DNA of 64,000 bases from Nemertoderma westbladi (taxonomy: Eukaryota > Animalia > Xenacoelomorpha). This document shows, one piece after another, positions 50,077 to 62,429 of the stretch; position 1 is the stretch's first letter; each line of letters begins with the position of its first letter. The stretch covers positions 57,788 to 121,787 of the forward strand of contig JAUCBJ010004470.1 in NCBI GenBank assembly GCA_032718475.1, written 5' to 3'. Position numbers and translations under genes: made by a program. The notes below the pieces were generated by a model that was not told where the DNA came from, ran no database searches, and saw only the letters and a list, made by a program, of their open reading frames with translations.

Positions 50077-53000
50077 TTATTTTTTATATTTTGTGTGGGA
50101 AGGGCATCTCGCCCTCATTCCCACCCCCCTCAGTCCAACATTTTGGACGACTAAACTCAAAGGTGCCCCTTCCAAAAGGCAGCACTTTCCTACAGCCCTC
50201 CTGTAGGTCTTCCTATCTTTTGCTCCTATCTTGCCTCCTATTCTCACTTCCACCGACCGGACTCTTCCGTCCTCGTTGGGGTAAGTATCTACCACTCTCG
50301 CTAGTCTCCACTGGTTATTGATAATTGTGTCGTCAGTGATGATTACCAAGTCACCTTTCTTCATCTCCCTAATGGTGTTTCTCCACTTACTTCTCCTATG
50401 TAACGTCGGAAGATATTCCTCTACCCATCTCCTCCAATACTCAGCACTTATTGCCTTGGCGACTTTCCAACTTTGACGGGAGTGTATGTCATCTGGGTCT
50501 ACACCCCGCATGTCGATGGTCGCCGGCCTCTCCATCAGAAAGTGTCCCGGTGTTAGCACGTCCAGTGATTCCCGGTCGTCATTCTCTGGATATAGCGGTC
50601 TGCTATTAATGATCCCCTCGCACTTGGCTAGTACCGTTCTTAATATGTCCTCTGTGACCATGTGGGTGTTCATCAGCTTGGTCATTAAACGCTTAGAACT
50701 TCCAACAAGTCTCTCTACACATCCTATCGTATGTGGCGCATACAGCGTCCTCCTTTCCTACTTTAATTGCCGTCTCCTCATAGCCGCCCTGACATCGTCT
50801 CCCTCTTGGATGTCGAAGGCCTCGGCCAACTCGTTCTCAGCTCCCACGAAGTTGGTCCCGTTATCTGAATATATCACCGTGATCGTTCCCCCTTTGTGGT
50901 TTACAAATCTTTCTAAGGCATTAATGAATGCCGATGCCGTGGCATCCTGCGCAAGTTCTATCCCCACCGCTCTTGTGTTGTTGCATACGAAGATAATGCC
51001 GTAGCGTTTCTCCGTGTGCTGCATCACCTTTATCTTAATCGGCCCGAACATGTCCACGCCACAGTGCGTGAATGGTGGGTCGTGTTGTCTCACTCTATTG
51101 GCCGGTATTGGTGCCATCTCCTGTACGGCCCTCTCCTTTCTCGTCCGTCGGCAGGTCTGGCACTGCCCCACTACGACCTTCACCTTCTTCCTAAGTTGCA
51201 TGATCCAGAATGTCCTTCGTATCTCTGTGAGGATCTGATTCGTGCCTCTGTGTAGTATCGACTTATGCGAATCCCAAATGATCTGGTGGACTATCTGTGA
51301 TTTGTTAGGGATTATTATGGGTTTTGGTGGGATAACTAGGCTGTTGTTGTTCACCACTCTGGAATTCATCACCAGAATCCCGTCATCGTTCAACTACAGA
51401 TTGAGTTCACTGTCTCGACGAAGGTGTTGTTGCTTGCTAACTCTGTCCACTTCGTCGGCGTAGTTCTTTCTCTGCTCGTATTGTATTACGGCTCTAGCCG
51501 CTCCTTCCAGATTGATGGTTGGTTTCCTTTTGGCATCCTTGCCAACTCCCCTAAGGAAATCCCCGTAGGCCCTCCAATACGCTACCAACTTCTTAGTCTT
51601 ATACCAGCTGAAGCTCTCACTGAGCAACCTATCCGTCGGGTTATTGCATGGTTCTTCTGATTTTGGTGGCATCTCCTTGACCTCCCCCACCATCTGGCAG
51701 TATATCTCTTCCCCTTCTGAATCCCCCCCCCCCTCTTCTGCTACTACTTCCTCTGAGCCCGGGTCCACCTTCCTCATTTGTGGCCAGGCTGATCTATCAT
51801 TCAGGAAGTGTGGTCCGTGCTGCCACAACCCTTCCTTCTTTAAGAAAGTGTGGCCTGCCACGCCCCTCGATAACAGATCTGCTGGGTTGTCGTCGGTAGG
51901 GCAGTAATGCCACCTTTCTAGGTCAGTCGTCACCCTTATCTCATCTACCCTATTTGTGACGAATATAGGGTATCTCGTCTTCTCGTTATGTAGCCACCCT
52001 AGCACTACCATGGAGTCCGTCCATTTGTGTGTCTCCACTATATTGGGTATAGTCTCCATCAAGTAGGCTGTGGCCCTTACTCCTAACCTCGCAGATGTCA
52101 GTTCGAGTTTTGGGACTGATGCTGAATCTGGTGGCGTCGACTTTGCTTTACTAAATGCAAGTCTGGGCTTATGAGCCCCCTTTCGCTGTACCAGATAAAG
52201 TGCCGCTCCATATGCTTCCAAGGATGCATCGGAAAACATGTGTAGATCCAGGTCCGTCATGTCTCCATCCGGGAAATACACGCATGGCATGGTGTACGTC
52301 CCCCATCTGCTCCAGACTCCTCCGTATCCCACTCATCCTTTAACTTGTATATTTTCTTTAGTATCTGTTTCCCCATGACTAACAATGGGGATGCTAGGCC
52401 TAGGGGATCGTAAATCCTTGCTATGTACGATACATAGCCCAGCTTGGTGTGGATCTCTGCACCCTCTTGGCTCAGTGGATACTCCAACTCATCCGTCTCA
52501 CGGTTCCACCCGATCCCTAGCGCCTTCTGCTGAGACTCCACTCTCTTATTCACAATATCCTGCCCCTTTGCTGTTGTGGGGTTGTCCATGGTCGACTCTG
52601 GTCGCCTGTCTTCTATGGCTTTCATGAATTCCTCTGAGCTGGACTGGAACTTAGTGAGGTTGAACCCGGATCCTTTTAGGATGTCGCAAACCTCGCTCCC
52701 TATTTCCAGTATTTCTTCAATCGTGTTTCCAGATCCCATCCCATCGTCTACATAGAAACCGCATCAAATCATGTCAATCACCTTCGCACGATACTCTCCT
52801 TCTTTGCCCTCCACCGTATCTCTCACAGCCATAGCTGTCGTAAATGAGGACGACTTGGCCCCCATGTTCTGCACCACCATTTTGTACATCGGTATCTCAG
52901 ATAGTTCTTCGTCGCCGTTGTACCATAGGAAGCGCTAACTGTCGCTGTCCTCTTCCGCCTGCCTTCAATGTTGCATGTGAAGCACGTGCCTCCCATTTCT

Positions 53001-56000
53001 AAATCTCAACAAGACCTCTATCCCCGAGTTGTAAATGTTGGGGCCCTCCAGCAGATAGTCGTTCAGGCTCTTGCCATTCGTTTTGGCCGATGCATCGACC
53101 ACCATCCGCTGTTTACCCTTCTTTGGGTGTAAAGCCACATGGAGTGGCACATAGTAGGTCCTGTCCGTGTTTGGTTTGTCGACCGGTAACTCCATGGCCC
53201 ATCCCTTCTCGACGTATTTCTTAATTGTCTTGTGGATGTACTCATCCTTCTCTGGGCTCCGCCTGAGCGTCTGCTTCAGCTTGCGAAGCCTCGTGAGTAC
53301 CATCGCTTTATTATCTGGCAACGGTAGCTTAGGTTGTTTCCACACCATCCCTATGGTGTACCGTCCCCCTTCACACTTCATCGACTCCTTTACACTTTCT
53401 ATCGCTTGTTTATCCTCTACCGAGGTTCCGACCCCGGCCTCCTTCAATCCTGCGAAGTCCTGCTTCAGCAGCCTCTTAAGCTGCTCCTCTGCTCCTTTAT
53501 CCTCCATCTCCCTCATTGTCCCTGCGAACATGCACCCTGATGTCTCCGACATCCTGAATGGAATCTTGGTTTTGATTGGGCCGCTAAGCATCCATCCGAA
53601 CGGCGTGAGAATCGCCATTGGATCGTGCTGCCTGTTCTCTCTGAAAATGGTCCGTACTCTCTCGTGGGCCATCGGACAGTCCATTTCCACTATGATGGAT
53701 ACCTTTGGGACATCCACTTCCGGTATCGAGAAATCGATATCGTCCAGGAATCAGTATTGATCGAGCTCGATCTTAGTGGGTCGCCTGGCATTTAGGTTAA
53801 TCGATTCTATTATTTGTATGGGGTCGATGATCACCCCATAATCACATCCTGGTGCTATTGCTGATATCTCGCACTGTCCCGTCCTCATCTGCAGGACCTC
53901 ATCCTTGCTCGAGATAGTAGTTACCGCCATCCTACTCGGCCTCGTTTGTAACCTTATCTCCTCGGCCACCCAATTCTCCACCAGCGTGAAAGCTGCTCCG
54001 CTGTCGACCAGCATCAATGTTGTGACTGATCGACCGCTTTCTCCCATCACCCTGACCGGTACCACCCCGAGTAGTGCCGTTCCCCTTCTCTTCATTCCTA
54101 TGGTGCTTGTCGGCATCGTTTGGCCTCTGCCTTGACCGAATTTAATTGGTGTCTCCTTACATTGTTCAGCCTTGTGTCCGCCGATGACAGATTGATGACA
54201 GATTTCACTTTTGTTCACATATTCTACCTGGTCTTGTTTGGGTAACGCTTGCCAATACTTGCAGTTCATGGTCTGATGGAGTGCGTTAGAGTGTAGTTAG
54301 CATTTGTTTCTCGGATTATAGCCTTCCCTATACAGCGCGCTGCGTATCGCACATATATTCAAACTTAGCTCTCTGGTGTTCTTATTATTTGGGTTTGGCC
54401 TACTGGGCGTGTTGGGGTTATATTTATTTGTGTTATTATTTTGTCCTTGTCCATGCCACGGTGTGGCCCTACCCCCGGCTATCTGTGGACTAGCAGTTCC
54501 CTGCGTCGTCGCATATGGAAGCGATTGTCTCAGCTTTGGTAACGCATTTGCCGCCCTCCCCAGACTATCCTCACTGTAGACTGGGTCCGTGATTAGCTCC
54601 GCTTTGTAATTGAGGAAATTCAACATTTCCTCTAGGCCCGGTTCCGCACCTTTCTTCTCCCGGGTGGAGAAGGCGATCTTCCTCCACTTGTTTCTTAGCC
54701 AGATTGTGGTGATGTTATTCGATGCGTTGAGTTCGTAAGGCGCATCCAAGGTCTTCAGCACAATCAGTGCCTTTTCGACCTTATTCGCGAAAGTCTTGAT
54801 ACTGACAGGGTTATCCTGTAGGCCAACTGATGTTATTCCCCTCAAGGTTTGCCGAATGATCTTGGCAGGGTGTCCATATTCCCTGTCTAGGGCCCGCCAT
54901 GCAGTCGTGAATCCACCCTCGATACCTTGATACTGCCTTACGATATGCCTTAAGCGCATCAATGAGTGTTGCCATTCCCATCGCCTGTGCTTCTAGTAGG
55001 CTCGATTGATGCTGTACAGACTCTCCCATTGCTGGGTGCGGTTTGCCCGTCGGGCCTGTCGACCTCTTTTGTGTCGGATATATCATTGGGGGTAATGGTC
55101 CCCTCCATATCTCTGTATCGCATGATTTATTTTGGTCCAAGGGGTTCGGGGTTTTTGTTTTGGGTATATGTTATATCCCTGCATATTATAGTCATACTGG
55201 TGTGCAGGTACCAGTATAGGCCTATCCACTTCTTGCCTACCTACCGGTATGTATGCCGCGACTTCCGGGTCTAATCCCGTTGTCCGCGCACCCTATCGCC
55301 TACACTATCTCTTCCAGCATGGCCTATAGTATGTGCAGTAAGGCATACAGTATGTCCTACAGTCTGCCTGTGTCCTTCCGGACCGAAGTTTAATCTTCTC
55401 GAATATTCCAAGAAGTCCTCCCCGCGACTACTGTACTCTCGATTTGCAGCTATGTCCCTCCGGGAAGTTTATCTTCGATCCCCCCTTCTGTCCTCGTCTT
55501 CGTACTGGTACATCCTGTACCCTTCTCCCGGTGTATGGTATATCTCACCAGGCTGCGTCTTTCCAGGATGACGGCAATCTCCCGGAGTTCGACCCCACTG
55601 ACTCTCTAACTCCATTTCTACTGCCGACGGTTCACTGTCCGTCCTTGCTCTCCGGTTGCTCGTAGCAACGCTTCTTCTATTCTCTTCACTTCTTCTCTCT
55701 TCAGCGTAGTGATCCCCTTCGTGAGATCTCTCTTTGACCTCCCGGATAAACTCCACTGTTCTTCTTCCGTCTTCCGACTGGGATCGACGTCTTGTTGCTT
55801 GCCCGCTCACGGCGCCAACCTCTCTATCCCTACCCAGTTGGACGCTCCTGGGGATACTCGCAATCCCCCTACTATACTCTGTCGTCGGGTACCGCGGTTC
55901 ACCTAACTCGCCCCGCGCATTATCTGCCGACGCTTGTGGGACATTCTCTGCCCCCCCCCTCTCGCCACTGATCTCTCGTGGTGGGGTGCCCGTAGCCCCC

Positions 56001-58085
56001 CCCCCCCCCATCCGCCACCTCTTACTTCGCTACCTCCTACTTCGCTTCTAAGCCCCTCTCTAGTCGACGCACTATCTCTACTCCGACTGGGTCTACTCAC
56101 CCCCGCCTCTTCCTGTGTGACTGCATGGCCTTGCAGGCTCACGTCGGGTTGACTCACCCCCGCTACTCCCTGCCTAACTACGTGGCCTTGCAGGTTCCCG
56201 TCGGGTTCACTCACCCCCACTACTCCCTGCGTAACTATGTGGCCTTGCAGGCTCTCGCTGGTCGGACCACCTGTCTCCCCTACGTTCATATTAATTGCAC
56301 CGTTATTCATAATGTTATTTTGATTAATTTCTCCGGGGTTATTATCTGACGCAACATTATTATCTAAGTTATTTAAATTGCTTAAATTATTTTGTTCAGA
56401 ATTAGGGCTATTATTTGGAATATTCTGCACATTTAAATTAGAATTATTTGGATTATTTTGCACGTTTAAATGAGTATTATTTGGATTATTTTGTACGTTT
56501 AAATTAGTATTATTTGGATTATTTTGCACATTTAAATCAAAATTATTATTACCGGGTAAAATATTATTTCCTGCAACAAAGGTCTGATTAGGGTTGTCTA
56601 CTACGGTACTATTAATATTAATTCCTTCTAACGTATTATTATTACCCCCACCCCCCAGTCCTTTGGTATTTTACACCAAGTAAAACCCAAGTTTACACCA
56701 GTCCTGGGTCTGTTGTCCGGTGCCTGTAAGTGGGGTGTTAACAAACGTTTCCATTACTTCTGGCTCCTCGTAAACACTACCCGAACGAGCCTCACTCTCC
56801 GATAATCCCAACTTCGCCAGTTCCAACCGGCGCTTTTGCTTCGCCTGGTATTGCATAAGCCCTGGGTATGCATATCATCCCGCATACGCTTTCCCGCTCT
56901 CTCTCTCCCTCTATCCTCTCTCAAACTTTGGTCGGCCAACTCTGCCTCTCTTGCAATCCTCTCAACCCTCCTCGCCTCACGATCCTTGCGCTCATTCGTT
57001 TCCCTCTCAATTATTTCAGCCTCTCGCATCTTATGCTCGCTTTCCAGTCTTGCCTACCGCTCCTCGCGCTCTTTGCAATCGCTTGTCTCTCTCGACTCTC
57101 GCTCTCTGCCCTCCCTCATTTCTCTCTCCTCACCCTCTCTAAAGTTTAGCGCCACCCTCTCGGCTCCCTCTTTACACTCTCTCACTAAATCTCTCTTTCT
57201 CTAATAACGCGGTTCCCTTGTCCAGTTGCCTCTCCAGCTCCTTCTGATCTAGCGCCACAAGGTCTAATTGACACACCAGATATATCTCTAACACCCTTCT
57301 TGCTTCTGCGGTTTATGTAGCGGACTTATCGGTCGCAACGGACTCCCATCGCTTCTCTGTCCTACTGATTTTCCCCCACTTTCTGGGGTTCTCACTGACC
57401 GACGACACCGAATCCTTGGGGTTAACCTCGGGTTCACCGTCGTGCGGGTCCGCCAAACCCACTAACTTAATTCCCCTAGCATCCACTAAGTAAGGCCCTA
57501 CGTACACTACCTCTGGCTCCATTACCCCAGATCGCCACAATTCAAACAGTTCCGTGGCGACCCCCTCGCTCTCTCACTCGCCAGTTCTCCCTGTCCAAAA
57601 CGGACTAAATAGCAAAAGTGTTTATTTGACTCACCTAGCCTCAGGTATAGTTTAGGCTGGTCTACCTTTTTCCCTTCCTTGGCCTCCTTAAGTAGTTTCT
57701 TGGTGGTGTTGTAGGCCCGTCGTAGCCGATCACTCGTCCCGACATCCTCTTCGCTGACTCCGCCTCCTCTCCTCATCCAGCGTCGTACCGGCGGCCTCAC
57801 CATCGCCGTTCCGGTGTGCCGTCCGTCGCCCTCAGCCTGTGTCAGGCCGGCGACTTCGGTATTCCGACCGCCGTCGTCGTCGCGCGTCGACTTGTCTCCC
57901 TCTCTCCTTCGTAGTTGACGGCCGCCCTCCGCTTGGGCTACCGGATCGTCCCTCGTCGGCGAATCTGGCATGGCTGGCCAATACCATCGCGTTGCGGCCT
58001 CACGGATCATTTGGTTGGTGTCGCCCGGGGTCCGCGGCGGCGTCCTCTCTCCCTCTGATAATCGGGGCGTTCTTTCTTCTGCCAT
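50077..58085 (-). pseudogene. BEL/Pao gag-pol polyprotein, disrupted
   Basis: Long charged/Asn-rich gag; AWRAL..EYG.P; protease LVDSGA; P.AILTPFGWMLSGP; RT YYVPLH, R.VVDASAK..G.SLND.L..GP, FYVDD; YDPLGLASP; RNase H LHMFSDAS..AYGA, LELTS, WTDS.VVL.W, NPADLLSRG; integrase HHCC, GVDMFGP, IYSDNGTNFVGA, INSRPL, LTPGHFL, W..W..EYL..L..R.KW. Confidence 0.95.
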
Positions 58086-58144
58086 CTTTCTGTCTCCTTG
58101 CAGTCACAGTTTTTAGTTGGCAGTTAGACTCGGTAGTTAATGAC

Positions 58145-58805
58145 TGTGACGGGATCGGAGATCCCGACTGGGTTAGAAATGTACGCATCACCGTTCTGCT
58201 GGGCAGTCGTGCTAGTTGCTTTGGCCGAAGGCCGTTGGGGAAAACAATAAGAGTTTCTGTTGTTTCTCAATATTGATTAACGTAAACGATAATAGCACGT
58301 CGGTAGTGATAAAGATGTAATAGCAGAAAAATACAGATTAATTGCTTTTACTGGCGGTGGTCATTAACTATGACCAGTCTGCACTGACTGGATAACTGAA
58401 TCAACTGACAGGTAAATCAGTAATGTAGGATAATATATGGTTAACACACATGGATATTGATTTCACCTCTTACTGTATTTTGGCCCTCTGTACCCAATGG
58501 ATGCTTTCCTATCTCTAATCACGTGCTTCCCTCCCCACTATTGGCTAATATACTAATTATCACTTTGGCACTCCCTGTGAGTGTTTCCCCCCACTGCTAG
58601 CCTCTACTAGCTGTATTCCCTCAGAGGTGGTTTGACCTCTCACCTCTCTCTGTGGCTTTGGGGCTTGTGTCCCCCCCCCCCCCCCCCCCCAATGTTGGTT
58701 ATGAGACGAGATTAATATTGGTAATCTCGTATCCCCAACATATTGCTAAAATGCCACTGGTCCCATTTTCTGGTGGGTAATGAAGCGGAATTGAATCCAC
58801 TTACA
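58145..58805 (-). repeat. 5' LTR of the BEL/Pao element
   Basis: Element sense TGTAA...TCACA; direct repeat of 46976-47639 with scattered substitutions and small indels. Confidence 0.93.
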
Positions 58806-59320
58806 AAAATGTTGTCGAACCATCGTATACTGATTTGATTGCTGCAACAATTTCACCAGGAATCCCATATAATGAAAGTATGCTGAACATACGTGAGCGA
58901 GAGACTCAATCAACCAAAGATGACATCCATATCTGAATCTGTCTTTCTGTTTTGATAACTCTTCAATTATCCTTCTATGTGCCAAAATGGGCTCCATGGT
59001 CCCACGACCTTTACGGAACCCATTCTGATTTCCACGGAGCAGTCTCTCAATGGGATCCCTGATGCGATTTAATATAATTATAGTGTATAGCTTTGCAGCA
59101 ATCGAGATCAATGAGATTCCCTGAAAAGAACCATAGAGTGTTCGGTTGCCTTTCTTGGGAACTGGCACCAACTTATTTGTTTTCATTTCTTGTCGAACTT
59201 ATTGTCATTCTGTACATTTCTACTATGATGGGATAAATAATCTGCAAACACTCAGGTATTTTAATGACCTCAGGGGGGACACCATATACTCTACTGGTAC
59301 AATTGGCCTTAATGCTCTTT
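58806..59320 (-). mobile_element. RTE LINE fragment, upstream half of the BEL target
   Basis: MKTNKLVPVPKKGN...LRGNQNGFRKGRGTMEPILAHRRIIEEL, close to the 12869-13129 copy. Confidence 0.85.
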
Positions 59321-59579
59321 TATGAATTTATGACCCAGAATAGACGTCATAAACATGAAACACGGAGATATGTTTATTGTACTTGACTTGGTGACCCGAC
59401 GTAGAATAGTTTCTTAATATGACACACCATCTGTCAAAAGATTACCGAGATATCGTGACTTATCCCTCAGTTTGCTGTTCACTATCCATGACATAAGGTA
59501 CAGTACATGGATATTGGATAAGTAATTATGCAAGTCGACAACGTTCTTTAGTTGATTATGGTGGTCAGGATTCCATTAA

Positions 59580-61163
59580 CCTTATTAAACCCGGGAGGGG
59601 GTCAATATGACCCCACCCCCTTGGCTTTTTTTGTTATAACTCTGAAACAAACGCAGTGGCGAATCTGAAATTTTATGACTTATCCTAAAAATTTATTGTC
59701 TTCCTATTAATGAAAACTGTTTTCAAAAATATTGGGAAGTTTTCGAGTTATAGCCCCATTTTTTAACCCTACTTTTGGCACTTTTTTTGAGGAGTTGTTT
59801 GGAAATTTTATATTTCATGAAATATGATTTGCAAACATCTCTATTTTTTATTTACACTGATTTTTTGGAGTTTACAATTAGATGGAATTTATATAAATAA
59901 ATTTAGAAATTCCAAACTCGTTTTTTTCGGTGGGTGCCAATTTTGGTGGCAGCACCAAATTTTGAAATATGTCAATTTTTGTAAATTGATTATTTGAACC
60001 TGTTTTTTTGCGCAATAGGGGTTTTTGGTTTCGTTGGAATATTTGCGAGTTGCACCAGGCGTAACAATCTTGTATTTTTCGGCGTTGTGTGCAAAATTTG
60101 GTGCCAGCTCGAAATTTTGAAAATCCATTCAATAATTCAATTGCTTGTGACGGCGACAACTTATTTCTCGCGTTTTAGAGGTTTATAGCGGTTCGTATTC
60201 AATGGAATATATAATTATCTAACTAGACATCTCAAACTTGTATTTTTCGGAAGTGGGTGCAAAATTTGGTGCTATCAGTACCAAATTTTGAAAACCATCA
60301 AATATATCAATTGATTGTGTCATCATTGTTTCTTGCGTTATACGGGTTTGTGAGGGTTCTGAATTCAATGGAATAAGTAAAAATTGCATAAGAGTTTTCA
60401 AACTTGTATTTTTCGCGGTGAGGTGAAAATTTTTGTGCCAGCACCAAATTTTTGAAAATAAGCAAATTGATCAATAGATAGTATCATCCTGTTTCTTGCG
60501 TTATCCGGGTTTATGAGGGTCCTGAATCCGATGGAATCAATAAAAACCGCACTGGACATCTCAAACTTGTACTTTTTGGTGATGGGTCCGAAATTTGGTG
60601 CTAGCACCAAAATTTGCCATATTACGCCATAAAATACGATTAGCAATGATCTGGCAAATTAGAAATGTATTCCATTAGAATCAGCGCCCCAGAAAATCCT
60701 GAACAATGTGAATTTATGGCATCGTATATGAGTGAATTAAAAATTTTGTGTTCAAACTGAAAAGTGCTGGTTACTTGTTTTTTTTCATTTTTTGCCTACG
60801 TAGAGGACTAAAACAGCCATTTATAGTAATCAGATTATTTTTAAATATTTTCCAATGGATTTTACGCACCAGAAAACCTGTATTGAAAAACAATTAGCCG
60901 AAAATTGTAACTTTCAAATTTTATGAAAATTTCATCAGCTACTTGTAATTTTGGTGCTGAAAAATAACCACCCCAGTACTTTTTTTCGAAATTTTTTTTC
61001 GGTCGGATTCAGACTGGTGAAATCTACGTACAAACAAAAAATCAGACGTTTTCATTAAAATTTGTAGATTTTAGAGGGGGGGGGGGGGGGGGGGGGGGGT
61101 CAATATGACCCCCTCCCTGATATTTGTACATATACAACATTTTATAGCCCGGTACTAATAGGG
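59580..61163. mobile_element. piggyBac-like non-autonomous element with internal tandem repeats
   Basis: ttaa|ccttattaaacccggg ... cccggtactaataggg|ttag; subterminal ggggtcaatatgacccc palindromes at both ends; internal repeats with aaatttggtg...caccaaattt. Confidence 0.7.
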
Positions 61164-61568
61164 TTAGTGCAGTAATATATCATGAATTCGTTTTTGCTAG
61201 CACTATTTGTATGCAATCTGGCCTCATTAGCAGCCCTTTTCACTTTATTCAGTACAGTAGAGTTGTGCATCTGCTAGCATATTATATTCCTCTATTTGGA
61301 GCCAATGTGTCTCCTTGCAGTACACCAGCCACGTTATTTCACTATCTGATGAGAGTTAGGCCTACCTGACCTTTTGTCATACAGTAAAAACAATCCCATA
61401 CAAGTCACGATTACGTGGCTTCTTTAGCTGAATCTTCTGATATCATACAGTACCTAGCAGTTTATATTGTAAAAATTTATATATATTTTTTTATCACCTT
61501 TCACCAGTTATATCATAACCTTAATAACAACATAGAATAATCTTTGAAGCACTCTGTATTCCTGCAAA

Positions 61569-61934
61569 ATGAATAAGTTGATAGTTTTAGTTGTGGTTTG
61601 TATGCTGGTTGTTATCATTCACGGAGTTGAACTTGAAGAGTCATTGTTTGAAAAAGTTTACTTCAGATGTTGCCGTCTCGCGCACAGGAAAAGGCGATCT
61701 GCCGAAATCACCAATGAAGATTCTGATTCCTTTCTTAAACAACTTAGTCGAAGAGCTCTCCATGAAGAAATATGCTGCGAGATCGATATCGATGAACCTG
61801 ACTTAGATCGAGAGGAAGCTCGCGAAGTCGTCGAATCGGAATGTATCGAGGAAAGGTGTAATACACACGAAATCGACGAAAATTGCTTTGAAATTCCTCC
61901 TTCCTGGTCCAGTACTTTTACAGGATGTTATTAA
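61569..61934 (+). CDS. Secreted cysteine-rich prepropeptide, atypical insulin-like with Gla-like acidic motifs
   Basis: Signal peptide, CC-containing B-like chain, RKRR and SRR cleavage sites, acidic region EEICCE...EEAREVVE.ECIEERC-x8-C. Confidence 0.65.
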   Translation: MNKLIVLVVVCMLVVIIHGVELEESLFEKVYFRCCRLAHRKRRSAEITNEDSDSFLKQLSRRALHEEICCEIDIDEPDLDREEAREVVESECIEERCNTHEIDENCFEIPPSWSSTFTGCY

Positions 61935-62429
61935 GTGTCGCGATATCGTCATAACGAATTGAATGAGAACTGGAGTAAAAATAATTCAGTTATTTTTATG
62001 TATTTATTGATGGTCTAATAGTTCATTATTGTAATTTCTCTACTGATACAGTATAAAGTTTTTACAGTAGAAAATTGACATACGTTTAGAAATGCCGCCT
62101 CCTTGTATCTCCATTGTAGTTGCACCTCTGACAGAGAAACAGCTATTTTTTCTAGAAGCCTATGTACTATGTACTAACTAAATGGCTAATAAGTACGTAC
62201 AACTGCTTACTTCGTCACTCGCTCCATACCTAGCTTAACTATTGGTAAATAGATAAAAATAAATGATATTTGATTTTGTTTTCATCATCACCACCACGCT
62301 GTACACTCAGCCATGGTTACGGGTTGTAGCATTGGTGGAGGATTCATGTAGGGCCTACTGTATACAGTTATATATTATTATTAGAGATTTTGAATCCGTT
62401 AATAAACACGATTATATCCAATCTAAATT

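Larger units (their letters stand above)
46976..58805 (-). mobile_element. Full-length BEL/Pao LTR retrotransposon (about 11.8 kb), 5-bp TSD AAAAT, degenerate ORFs
   Basis: Paired LTRs with TG...CA ends; TSD aaaat at 46971-46975 and 58806-58810; gag-PR-RT-RH-IN order with BEL/Pao motifs; PPT before the 3' LTR. Confidence 0.96.

Noticed and set aside
58129-58144. tRNA-Asp 5' fragment as primer (ctcggtagt resembles a tRNA 5' end)
   Set aside because: Only a short partial resemblance that does not extend to the LTR-adjacent bases; the perfect 11-nt LTR complement explains the site better, though host tRNAs should be checked.
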